DNA from: Thermoplasmata archaeon
Lineage (GTDB): Archaea; Thermoplasmatota; Thermoplasmata; Thermoplasmatales; GCA-001856825
Length of the DNA: 64,000 bases
Direction of reading: 5' to 3'
Assembly: GCA_049965815.1 (NCBI GenBank)
Contig: JBMFVV010000005.1
Location: forward strand, 7,315 to 71,314
The notes below the pieces were generated by a model. It had not been told where the DNA came from and did not search any database. It worked only from the letters and a program-made list of their open reading frames with translations. Below are positions 21,623-31,100 of this stretch, piece by piece. How positions within the stretch are numbered: the stretch's first letter is position 1; every line of letters starts with the position of its first letter. The position numbers were made by a program, and so were the translations under genes.

Positions 21623-21707
21623 CTGGTGGAGCGCCGGACTCATAGGGAATAACGCTTAATCGTCCGGAGAAATCCGGAGGCCCTGGGTTCAAATCCCAGC
21701 CCCGGCA
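21608..21707 (+). tRNA. tRNA-Met/Ile2 (anticodon CAU) with a 27-nt intron at the canonical 37/38 position
   Basis: Hand fold: acceptor GCCGGGG/CCCCGGC, D-arm GCTT..GAGC, anticodon stem CCGGA/TCCGG, anticodon CAT at 21641-21643, intron 21645-21671, T-arm CTGGG-TTCAAAT-CCCAG, discriminator A. The mature tRNA is 73 nt. It is not initiator-like, because it lacks the A1:U72 pair. Confidence 0.85.
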
Positions 21708-21852
21708 TACCTATCCATTCTTTGTTTCTTGATGTATAACGCCTCTTCCCAGCTCTCAAGCACAAGAAACTGAAGCAAGAAAGCTCCGACATTTATGGAG
21801 GAGATGAATTGCTAAAAGTATATACAATGTATCGGTATAATGTTTTAGATAT

Positions 21853-22266
21853 ATGGAGATAATGAATAGAGAAAAGGAATATCATTATGAAGACCATGTT
21901 GTATACAGCTGTCAATATCATGTGATATTCTGTCCGAAATATAGGAGGAGTGTGCTTAATCCACCAATTGATGGCAGATTGAAACAGCTCATTCTTGAAA
22001 AACAGAGTGATTATGGGTACAAGGTACTTGAGATGGAAGTTATGCCAGACCATGTGCATCTTCTTATAGACGTGAATCCAAAAAAAGGTGTGTATTATGT
22101 CGTGAACAGAATTAAGGGGTATACATCGCATGTCCTCAGGGAAGAGTTTCCAGAACTGAAGAGAAAACTTCCAACTCTGTGGACGCATTCAAAATTCATT
22201 TCATCAGTGGGTGCTGTTACGCTTGAGGTTGTGAAGAAATACATAGAGGAGCAGAAAGGGGTATGA
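21853..22266 (+). CDS. tnpA: IS200/IS605 Y1 (HUH) transposase TnpA
   Basis: 137 aa with YHVIFCPKYRR, the HUH motif PDHVHLLI, and the catalytic Tyr region KGYTSHVLR. Confidence 0.9.
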   Translation: MEIMNREKEYHYEDHVVYSCQYHVIFCPKYRRSVLNPPIDGRLKQLILEKQSDYGYKVLEMEVMPDHVHLLIDVNPKKGVYYVVNRIKGYTSHVLREEFPELKRKLPTLWTHSKFISSVGAVTLEVVKKYIEEQKGV

Positions 22267-23342
22267 TATTAACATTTAAAATCAAGCATAACAGAGATTT
22301 CTCTATTGAATTGAATAAAGCTAGACAGATTGCGGAATTTGCAATCAGAACACACACGCTTTCCTCTAAAGACGTTAAGCAATTCGGTCTGAAGAGTATC
22401 ATTGCAAACCAGATATTGAGAAAGTATTCGAGGAACAAGAAGATAAAGAACGTCAAAAGCATAAAACTGACAATACCAAATCAAGGCATTCATGTGCATA
22501 AGGAGAAGCATGAAATACACATACCTTCCTTGAAGCTGACGCTTCCATACAGCTTCAGGAATGATTTTGAGAAGATGAACCAGATTGAAATAGGCGATAA
22601 GTACGTCCATGTATCTGTATTCATACCAGAGAAGCCAATGATTGAACCCAAAACATGGCTTGGGATTGACAGGAATACAACAGGACACATTGCTGTGGTA
22701 GCTAATCCTCAAACAGGGAAGGTGTTGAAGCTTGGAAAGAAAGCGGAACATATACATAGGAAATACAGGGAAATCAGAAGGAAACTTCAAAAGGCAAAGA
22801 AATACAGACCGTTAAAGAAGATTAAGAACAGGGAAAACAGGGTAATCAGGGATTTGAATCATAAGGTATCAAGGAAGATTGTAGAAATAGCTAAAGAGCA
22901 GAACGCTGGAATAAAACTCGAAAAACTTGATGGTATAAGGAATAATAAGAAACAGACCAAATCATTCAACTACGGTCTGAGCTCATGGTCTTTCTATCAG
23001 CTCCAGAAATTCATTGAGTACAAGGCAAAGCTTGACGGTATTCCCATAACCTGTGTTGAGCCGAGAAACACGTCGAAAGAGTGTTCTCGGTGTGGAAACA
23101 TAGGGATTAGGGAAGACAAATTGTTCAAGTGTCCTAGTTGCGGACACGTTGACCACGCCGACGCCAACGCTTCGTTCATAGCGTTGCGTCCTCCTTTAGT
23201 GGAAGGCGCAGGTCAATTGCATGCAGACAGGGATGCATGCAAAGGGAGCACTGATACCCCCAGAGGGGCAACTCTGAGAACGACGGAGACCCCAGAACCT
23301 CCGAGCTTTAGCGAGGAGAGTATGTCAGAGCTAGGAATGTAA
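22263..23342 (+). CDS. tnpB: TnpB (IS605 OrfB) RNA-guided RuvC-like nuclease
   Basis: 359 aa. The RuvC triad candidates are D in LGIDRNT, E in IKLEKL and D in HADANAS. The zinc ribbon is CSRCG...CPSCGH. Its start overlaps the tnpA stop (ATGA). Confidence 0.9.
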   Translation: MILTFKIKHNRDFSIELNKARQIAEFAIRTHTLSSKDVKQFGLKSIIANQILRKYSRNKKIKNVKSIKLTIPNQGIHVHKEKHEIHIPSLKLTLPYSFRNDFEKMNQIEIGDKYVHVSVFIPEKPMIEPKTWLGIDRNTTGHIAVVANPQTGKVLKLGKKAEHIHRKYREIRRKLQKAKKYRPLKKIKNRENRVIRDLNHKVSRKIVEIAKEQNAGIKLEKLDGIRNNKKQTKSFNYGLSSWSFYQLQKFIEYKAKLDGIPITCVEPRNTSKECSRCGNIGIREDKLFKCPSCGHVDHADANASFIALRPPLVEGAGQLHADRDACKGSTDTPRGATLRTTETPEPPSFSEESMSELGM

Positions 23343-23364
23343 TTCTGACATCATCAGTTTAAAT

Positions 23365-24237
23365 TCAGGGGCTGTTATTTTTCTTGACCATTGTCCATCT
23401 TATGTGATCCTTGCCTAGCAGTAAATCCATCCTTGCGGATATATTTGAAACAATTTCAATTGAAATTGCACCAAATAGGGTGAGAAGATTCCATTTCCTT
23501 TTCTTAAGGAATGTTGTGAAAATTTTGAGGAATAGTGAAGTATCGCTGAACATAAGCGTATCCATTATCATGGGGTCCCATCCTATTTTCCTAATCTCGA
23601 TGTGCCCATAATTCACCCTCCTCCTCTGCTGGAAAAGGTCCATTGGATTTGATGGTACCATATTCCCGACTATCTCATCGCCAAGATAAACAACAGATAG
23701 GTTGGCCTTCGAAGCCCTTATGCAGATGTATGCATCCTCATTTACGACCTCAGGGATGTCGAACAGCAGTTCCTTCCTTGCGCAGATGAATTCACCTCCG
23801 TGTACGTTCTTCCCACTTCCAGAAAGATATGAAAGCTGGAGGTCGTGCATTTCCCACATGAGCGATGCCACCTTTTCAGTGAAGTGCGACGAGTTGGAAG
23901 GGATGACCCTGACGGTGACAACACCCGTAGTCCCTTCAAACGACTCCTCGCATTTCTTGATTAGGAGAGGATCGAATGTTATATCTCCAGATAGAAGAAA
24001 CACTATATCACCCTCAATGTTTGCTACTATCGACATAAGGGCACTCACCTTCCCCTTCCTCTCCTTTTCCAGTACTTTTATGAGCCTCATGTCCTCTATC
24101 TTTTGAATCTCAGGTGAAACATTCTCTCCCCCGTAAAGGAGGAACACCTGGTCCACATCGCTTGCCAGTACTGACTTGAGAGGGGAGAGTACGAGACCGC
24201 CGTCATTGTAACTGAATATTACTGCCGTCTTCTTCAT
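23365..24237 (-). CDS. Glycosyltransferase family 2-like protein
   Basis: 290 aa. The N-terminal AVIFSYNDGG Rossmann-like start and the NEDAY acidic motif resemble GT2/GT-A enzymes. Confidence 0.6.
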   Translation of the reverse strand: MKKTAVIFSYNDGGLVLSPLKSVLASDVDQVFLLYGGENVSPEIQKIEDMRLIKVLEKERKGKVSALMSIVANIEGDIVFLLSGDITFDPLLIKKCEESFEGTTGVVTVRVIPSNSSHFTEKVASLMWEMHDLQLSYLSGSGKNVHGGEFICARKELLFDIPEVVNEDAYICIRASKANLSVVYLGDEIVGNMVPSNPMDLFQQRRRVNYGHIEIRKIGWDPMIMDTLMFSDTSLFLKIFTTFLKKRKWNLLTLFGAISIEIVSNISARMDLLLGKDHIRWTMVKKNNSP

Positions 24238-24479
24238 CTGTTGGCTCCTCCAAATGAAAGCTCTTCCATTTCTTTTAAATTTTTAATGCGTTCATATTGG
24301 AAATTTCAAGATAATATTTTTGGGGCATATCATGTCTTACTAAAGTGTCGGAAAAGGGGAATCCATCCGGACCATACTTCCTACATCGTGACGAGACGGA
24401 TGGACCTTATGGAATCCAGATCAAATGGGGACGAAATCGAAATTGTAGACTTAGTATTCCGCAGATGAACCGTCGAATT

Positions 24480-25745
24480 ACAACAATTCACAGTCAAATT
24501 TCGGTACTAATTCTAATGTCATACACCTTGGTTGATCATGGTCAGCTACTCCTAGCTAAAGCATCGGAGCTTGCAGCTGGGAAGGTCGAATGACCGAAAA
24601 TAGCACCCGCCACAACAGGCTGGCTGACGGCAGCCCTGTTCCTGATGTTGAGGGAGGCAACAAAATCAGCCTCTCCCTCAAATCCACAGGAAACGCATCT
24701 GAAATGGGATCGTTCAGGCCTGTTCCTTTTGTCTATGGTGTGGCATACAGGGCATTCCCTACTCGTATTCCTTGGATCAACAGCTATCACGGGAATACCT
24801 GCCTCCATTGCCTTATATTCTATGAAGGACCTGAGCTGGTAGAATGCCCAGGAGTTGTGGACGTACCTGTTGCCTTTTCTAACGGTTGTCCTCATCCGTA
24901 TGCCATTGAGGTTCTCAACGGCAATGGCGGAGGAGGTGCCTTTGGCTCTCTGAACGATCTCCTTGGATATCACATGGTTGGTATTCCTCACAAACCTTTT
25001 CTCCTTTCCAGAGAGTTTCCTGAGATGCCTCTTTGCAGATTTAGTGCCCCTGGATTGAAGTCTGGAACGTAGATTGGTATAGTGTTCTCTCACTTCATTG
25101 ACCTTATCTCCAGAATAGTACTTGCCGGTGGAATCAACAGCGATATTGACGATACCCATGTCAACGCCAATAACATCCTTCGTCTCAACAATAGGTTCCT
25201 CTGGAACTTCCACGGCAACCATGAGATAGAACTGTCCGTTCTTCCTCACGAGGTCACACTGCCCCCTTATCCTCTGGAATGGCATATTTCCATACTTCCC
25301 TATGGTTATCGGTATCCTTATCCTTCCATGAACTGTGTTGATACTTACTTCATCCATCCCCTTGAAGCTGAGTATCCGTTGGTCATAGACGATGGAACCG
25401 AAATCATCGAACTCATGAAAATGTTCCTTATCCACCTTATAGGTTTCAACAACCTTGGCTATAACCCTTACGGCAAGCTGTGCTGCAATGCCGAACTTCT
25501 CCCTTATGTCCTTGTAGACAATCCTCTGCAGGAAGACCTTGTTGTAGAGCTTCTTCTCAAAAGCTATCCTGGAGACGTAGTTGCACGCTTCATTGAACTT
25601 TTTGAATGTATCTATGAGTATCTCTCTCTGCTTGTTGTCAGGGAGAAGCTTTATCTGGAGCGTCTTGAGCACAGTATAGACAGGATAAATCAATATATAA
25701 GTTTGTCGCAATTCCTCTCCACCCTGAAGGATGGAGCTTCCTTGC
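24480..25745 (-). mobile_element. Solo-tnpB IS200/IS605 (IS1341-like) element; boundaries approximate
   Basis: tnpB without tnpA. There is an upstream subterminal hairpin (25716-25736, CTCCACC..GGATGGAG) and a 3' hairpin at 24549-24569. Confidence 0.55.
24542..25711 (-). CDS. tnpB: TnpB (IS605 OrfB) RNA-guided RuvC-like nuclease
   Basis: 389 aa from a TTG start; a GTG at 25672 giving MLKTLQIKLLP is an alternative. RuvC candidates are D in GVDMGIVN, E in AVENL and D in EADFVASLN. The zinc ribbon is CPVCH...CVSCGF. Confidence 0.9.
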   Translation of the reverse strand: MRQTYILIYPVYTVLKTLQIKLLPDNKQREILIDTFKKFNEACNYVSRIAFEKKLYNKVFLQRIVYKDIREKFGIAAQLAVRVIAKVVETYKVDKEHFHEFDDFGSIVYDQRILSFKGMDEVSINTVHGRIRIPITIGKYGNMPFQRIRGQCDLVRKNGQFYLMVAVEVPEEPIVETKDVIGVDMGIVNIAVDSTGKYYSGDKVNEVREHYTNLRSRLQSRGTKSAKRHLRKLSGKEKRFVRNTNHVISKEIVQRAKGTSSAIAVENLNGIRMRTTVRKGNRYVHNSWAFYQLRSFIEYKAMEAGIPVIAVDPRNTSRECPVCHTIDKRNRPERSHFRCVSCGFEGEADFVASLNIRNRAAVSQPVVAGAIFGHSTFPAASSDALARSS

Positions 25746-26068
25746 GACAGGAGATCGTGACTCAGGCCTGATTATACAAAGGTCAAGATTATTTACAGAC
25801 ATTCTTTCTATGCCATAGAGACCTGATAATGATGACCTTCATGTTCTCCATAATATCAGCAATCGCCCCCTAGTCACCTACTGGCAGCTTGAACTCTGTT
25901 CTTCCAACTAGCCTTACAAAAAATCTGTGTGGGTCACTTCTTGTACTTTATATCTTCTGTACTATCCTTTTAGCTATTAAGGTCTCAAGACTCCTAAGCT
26001 GAAAAATGGTCTCATCTGAATATTCAATGTCAAAATCAGTCACGGTATTCCCAACTTTTACTTACCTC

Positions 26069-26281
26069 CTAACTAGAGTGCGTCTCCTTGTCTTTCACAT
26101 CTAGGAGGCTCCTGAAGAGGGATGCCCTGAATCCATCGCTGTACACACCTTTATAATCTTCTTCTGAGATCAGCGATATCAGAGCATTTAGAAGCTCGTC
26201 GCATGTCATTCTCTTGTTGGCCCTGAGGCTGTTGAGCTTCTCCTCGGTTATCCGACTTATCTGTATGGTTTCGTCCCCCAC
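26069..26281 (-). CDS. Small antitoxin-like protein (VapB/COG1753-like), orphan
   Basis: 70 aa. The N-terminus TIQISRITEEKLNSLRANKRMTCDELLNALISLI resembles small archaeal antitoxins of PIN toxins. There is no adjacent toxin ORF. Confidence 0.4.
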   Translation of the reverse strand: MGDETIQISRITEEKLNSLRANKRMTCDELLNALISLISEEDYKGVYSDGFRASLFRSLLDVKDKETHSS

Positions 26282-26559
26282 CTATATCTACCATATAACG
26301 CTCGAATCATGCATATATGATAATGCTCATCTACATTTTTCCCCTAGGCGTTCACGGCTCAAAAGTGGTTCCAACGGAAACCTTCCTGAACCATTTAACT
26401 AGTCTCTTGAAGGGAGCGGTCAAGGATCGGCCCTCAGGAAGCCCCTCTACAATAGACCCTAAAATTACTACGATAACGTTGGTAATTTATTCAGTATGGA
26501 TGTCTCTTTCTAGATGGTAGTAAGTCATGGTAGTAACATCTAAATAAAGAGTCACGATA

Positions 26560-26802
26560 ATGAACATAAATATGACGGAAAAAGTCACGGTTTCGGCCAA
26601 AGTCGACAGACAAACATGGAAGAAAATCAAGGAGTACGGCATTGATACATCTTCCACCATAAGGGAGGGCCTGGAACAGGCGATCAGGAACAGGGAACTG
26701 AGTGAACTGGACAGAATGGTAAAGGCTGCCCAGCCGATAGCGAGGAAGGTAGGCAGGAAACAGTGGACCGAAACGATCAGGAAGGACAGGGATTCCAGAT
26801 GA
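26560..26802 (+). CDS. vapB: VapB-type antitoxin
   Basis: 80 aa. KVTVSAKVDRQTWKKIKEYGIDTSSTIREGLEQAI is typical of archaeal VapB. Its stop overlaps the vapC start (ATGA at 26799-26802). Confidence 0.65.
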   Translation: MNINMTEKVTVSAKVDRQTWKKIKEYGIDTSSTIREGLEQAIRNRELSELDRMVKAAQPIARKVGRKQWTETIRKDRDSR

Positions 26803-27179
26803 CCGTCTACGATGCATCAGCCATCCTGAACATCATAGAGGGGGGGAAACTTCCAGAGCTCGAGGAAGCTGCAACAACAAACCTGGCACTGTTCGAAATA
26901 GGAAATGCAGTGTGGAAACAGATTGCAGTCACCCACGTGCTTGGGGAAAGAGAGGGGGTGATTGTATTCAAGACTTCGTATGCAATCATCAGCAGGATGA
27001 GAGTGATTTTACCCGATCCGCTGAAAACATTGCAGATAGCTCTGGGTGAAAAAATCACGTTCTATGATGCATCCTACATATCTGCCGCCATTTCTGAGGG
27101 GTCAGCGCTCGTGACAGACGATGCAAGGCTCAAGAGGGTGGCATCGAAATACGCAGAAACAAGGGGATCGAAGAACTAG
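26799..27179 (+). CDS. vapC: VapC PIN-domain toxin
   Basis: I moved the start to the ATG at 26799 (MTVYDASAILN...). It has an acidic residue near the N-terminus and a C-terminal ALVTDDARL, which is a PIN-like layout. 126 aa. Confidence 0.8.
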   Translation: MTVYDASAILNIIEGGKLPELEEAATTNLALFEIGNAVWKQIAVTHVLGEREGVIVFKTSYAIISRMRVILPDPLKTLQIALGEKITFYDASYISAAISEGSALVTDDARLKRVASKYAETRGSKN

Positions 27180-27239
27180 TGGTCGTTGAAAGGGAACGCT
27201 CTCGATGCGTCTAAGCTCGTTGACGTTTGATCATACCGA

Positions 27240-27295
27240 AATAGGCATTCCGGTCGCAGAAGCGAGAAGCCCCTTGCTTTAGCTAGGGGAGGATG
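27240..27295 (+). repeat. Orphan TnpB 3'-end / right-end-like hairpin remnant
   Basis: GAAG-CCCCT-TGCTTTAGCT-AGGGG-AGGA (stem 27270-27274 / 27285-27289) has the same architecture as the hairpins inside the 3' ends of both tnpB genes. No tnpB ORF is attached. Confidence 0.4.
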
Positions 27296-27580
27296 TCACA
27301 GCAGTCTGCTGAAATCGTCGTGCACGTTCTTTCTATGGCCTATGAACAGAACTACTATCCTTCCATTTTCGGTGTCTATCTCATAGATCGCCCTGTAATT
27401 GCCCACCCTGACTCTTCTATATCTGGAAGGGTTCAGAGGAGTACCATTCTCCGGATGCAACGAAAGGTCCTTCAGTACGGCTTTTATCCTGCCTTTCACA
27501 TCATTTGGAATGCCATCAAGTTCCTTTGCTGCCTTGGGATGAAGGAAAATCTTAAATTTTCTTTGCACGGAATATCGCAA
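27296..27580 (-). CDS. relE: RelE/ParE-family toxin
   Basis: 94 aa. The sequence FLHPKAAKELDGIP...VRVGNYRAIYEIDTENGRIVVLFIGHRKNVH is typical of RelE/StbE. Confidence 0.8.
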   Translation of the reverse strand: MRYSVQRKFKIFLHPKAAKELDGIPNDVKGRIKAVLKDLSLHPENGTPLNPSRYRRVRVGNYRAIYEIDTENGRIVVLFIGHRKNVHDDFSRLL

Positions 27581-27596
27581 CCCCTAATGATAGGAG

Positions 27597-27821
27597 TTAA
27601 GCCCTGTCCAGTGGTATCAGTCGTTTAGGATTCTTTCTAGATTCCCTACTTCTTGTTTCAAGCATTTCGAAGAACCTTCTGGTCAGCTCCCTTTCTTCAT
27701 ACACTGCAAGGATCGTCTTCACCGCATCACTTCTGCTTGTAAATCTTCCTTGGCTGATCCATGCGTCCATCTTTTTAATCATATCCTCAGGGAGCCTAAC
27801 CTGCACTTGTGTAGTTGACAT
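27597..27821 (-). CDS. Ribbon-helix-helix (CopG-family) antitoxin
   Basis: I trimmed the ORF to the internal ATG (MSTTQVQVRLPEDMIKKMDAWISQGRFTSRSDAVKTIL). It lies 16 nt upstream of relE. Confidence 0.75.
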   Translation of the reverse strand: MSTTQVQVRLPEDMIKKMDAWISQGRFTSRSDAVKTILAVYEERELTRRFFEMLETRSRESRKNPKRLIPLDRA

Positions 27822-28017
27822 GTGCTGTAGACATATCAGTTTACCATATAAGCGTTCTGCTGGGCTCTGTTGCATTGGATGGATCAACACTTTTCAGATC
27901 ATATGACAGCATGAATTCCCGTGTATTCATAGGTTGCATAAACACACTGAAAAGAGAATGTGGGGGGTTCGTCCTGTAATATGACTGTGTAACATGGCTT
28001 ACCCCTGATGAAGTTGA

Positions 28018-28173
28018 GAAGTTACTGAAGAAGAAAGGAAGACAATCATACCTGTAAGATTCCCCAGATGTTCTCCTGAACTCAATCCCGCTGAGGAATG
28101 TTGGAACCAGACAAAGGACAGTTCTCTCTCGTTCAAAAAGGTTAAATCATTGCGAAAATTAACTTTTGAATGA
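28018..28173 (+). pseudogene. IS630/Tc1-mariner-family DDE transposase C-terminal remnant
   Basis: My own translation gives ...KTIIPVRFPRCSPELNPAEECWNQTKD..., which contains the hallmark (Y/C)SPELNP.E..W motif. Only about 51 codons remain, and the remnant's stop overlaps the SNF2 gene's ATG. Confidence 0.65.
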
Positions 28174-31100
28174 TCGTTGTCCATGGTACTGCGTTGAAGG
28201 GCAGATTTTATTTATGGGCAGAAACGTCTCGATCAATACCCGGCAGAAATAAAAAGAAAAAGGCTCACCCTTTCGCGCTACAGAGCGATGACCTCCTCAA
28301 GATACTTTTAAAATTCTCAAATAGCGCTGCAATCTCTACCGTACGTGAGACCTCTGTTGCACTAATGCTCCCATCTACTTCCTGCTGTCCAATGCCCTCG
28401 CCCCAACTGATATTGGAGAAGGGGAACAATGCTATGGAAGCTGTCAGGATCTCAGAGTGGTCGGTCCCTGCACTGATGCTTGAACCCGACAAGGGGGCAG
28501 AAATGCTTATCTCTCTTCCCGTTGATCCCCCTCCTGGCATTATATATGGAGGGTCCCTCCTTTTTTGGGTCGAGGTCGCCAAGTTCAATTTTGAGCTCAT
28601 CTCAAGGCACTGCCTCATTCCTTCACTGGAAAAGGCAGAACACAGCCAGATGAAGGGAAGGCAAAGGAAGGAACTTATCGAGGCTAGATGGAAAATCTTC
28701 CTTTCCGACGAAGATGCACACAGGTTAGAAAAGCTGTCCAGCATGATGCCTCAGGTCTGCATGGCATTTGCTGATAATGAATACGAGCAGAAGTACGACC
28801 TTGTCTACGACTTCATCAACAGTTCAACGGATAAATTTGTCAGGGAGATTTCCGCCCAGTCAAATTTAAAATTGGGCAAAGAGATGCATGGGACGGAGAT
28901 GCTATGGCTGCAGAGTCTCATCTCTGAAGAACCTGCAGTTGAAGTTGACAGGGAGAAGCTTGACATTTTCTCAATGCAGATGAATTCCTGGCTTTCCAGA
29001 GCTAATCCCGTACCTGCGGATAGCTCATTCAGGACCTGTTTCAGGATTGAGCCTCCCGAGAACGGTGGTACGATGGACGGTAAGTGGCAGGTTACGTACC
29101 ACCTTCAGGCCATGGATGACAGAAGCCTGCTTGTTCCTGCGCAGGACATCTGGAAACGTGGAAGTTCGGAAATGACATTCATTAGAAAGCATTTTGAGAA
29201 TCCTCAGGAAAGGCTTCTGGAAGATCTTGGCAGGGCTTCTGCAATATTTCCCCTGATTGAGGACAGTTTGAAGGATGCCCGCCCGGCCTCCCTGGTCCTG
29301 GAAACAAAGGATGCCTATACCTTTCTGAAGGAGGGAGCTCCGCTCCTCGAACAGAGCGGTTTTGGCATTCTCTTTCCCCCCTGGTGGCAGAAACAGACAT
29401 CGAATGTCGGTGTCAAGCTGAAATTCAGGCCAAAGAATTACTCTACGGGCAAGCCGGGACTGCTCGGAGTTAATGGGTTGGTTGAATATAATTGGTCCAT
29501 AGCGGTTGGGGACGAAACATTTAGTCCTGAAGAATTCAGGAAACTGGCAGATTTGAAGATGCCCCTCGTGAACATACGAGGCAAGTGGGTGGAGATAAGA
29601 TCTGGAGATATGGATAAGGCAATAAAATTTTTCAAAGAAATCCACGGAAACGGGGAGATGACATTCGGCGAGGCAATGCGTCTCGCGCTTGGTCGGGAGG
29701 ACACGAGTACGGGTCTGCCAATCACAGCAGTTGAAACGGAGGGCTGGATCGGGAATATGATGAGAGGTCTTTCTGACGGAATAAAGTTCGCAGAAATAAA
29801 TGCACCTGAAACGTTCAACGGACAGCTTCGTCCATACCAGGTCAATGGTGTCTCATGGCTAGAATTCCTCAGGCAAACTGGATTCGGGGCATGCCTTGCT
29901 GACGACATGGGTCTTGGGAAGACAATACAACTGATAGCTCTCCTCTTGCACGAACGCACTGTCTCTTCTTCAACAAGAACACTGATAATATGCCCCATGT
30001 CAATTGTTGGCAACTGGTACAGGGAGATAAAGAGATTTGGTCCGTCATTGAAGGTGATCGTTCATCACGGTTCTGACAGACTGACGGGAAAGAATTTTGA
30101 GCGCGAGATAAAGAACTATGACGTGGTCATCACAACCTATTCCCTGGCCGCAAGGGACGAAGGCGTCATATCGTCAGTTGAGTGGAACCGCATAGTCCTC
30201 GATGAAGCCCAGAACATAAAGAATCAGGAGACTAAACAGTCGCAGGCGATCAGGAAATTAAGGAGCAGATACAAGGTAGCCATGACAGGTACGCCTGTTG
30301 AGAACAGGCTGTCAGAATTATGGTCGATCATGGACTTCCTGAATCCCGGTTATCTGGGAACATTTTCAGATTTCAGGAAAAATTTCGCAATTCCGATTGA
30401 AAGGTTCCGCAATGGGGAAAGGGCAGAAAGATTGAGGAAGCTCATCCAACCCTTCCTTCTACGGAGGCTGAAGACAGACCCGAAGATAATCCGTGACCTG
30501 CCAGAGAAGATGGAAATGAAGGTGCTTTGCAACCTGACAAGAGAGCAGGCTACGCTTTACGAGGCAGTGGTGAAGGATATGGTGGAGAAAATAGAGCACT
30601 CAGAGGGCATAGAAAGAAAGGGGATCATTCTTTCAACCCTGACGAAGCTCAAGCAGGTTTGCAACCATCCTGCACAGTTTCTTCATGACCGCAGCAGTTT
30701 TGAAGGAAGGTCAGGGAAAATGGCAAGACTGGAGGAGATGATCGACGAGGCAATTTCAGAAGGGGACAAATCACTGATATTTACCCAGTTCAGGGAGATG
30801 GGCGAAATGATCCAGAAAGACCTGGAAGAGAAATTTGGGGCTGAGGTTTTATTCCTGCACGGGGGGACTCCGAAGAAACAGCGTGACCTGATGGTCCAGA
30901 GATTCCAGGAAGACAGCAGGGGGCCAAAGGTGTTCATCTTGTCATTAAAGGCCGGAGGTGTTGGGCTAAATCTCACTGCAGCAAACAGGGTTTTTCACTT
31001 TGACAGGTGGTGGAACCCGGCTGTAGAGAACCAGGCAACAGACAGGGCCTTCAGAATAGGGCAGACGAGAAACGTGCAGGTCCATAAGTTTGTGACGGTG

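Larger units (their letters stand above)
21720..23364 (+). mobile_element. IS200/IS605-family insertion sequence (tnpA + tnpB); boundaries approximate
   Basis: Overlapping tnpA and tnpB genes. There is a subterminal hairpin upstream (CTCC-GACATTTAT-GGAG, 21784-21800) and a 3' hairpin at 23298-23316. The exact ends cannot be set without a comparison copy. Confidence 0.8.

Noticed and set aside
21720-25745. GT2 gene as the cargo of a composite transposon formed by the two tnpB elements.
   Set aside because: IS200/IS605 elements move as single strands with asymmetric LE/RE ends on one strand. Here the two elements are in opposite orientation and are sequence-divergent, so a composite mobile unit is mechanistically unlikely.
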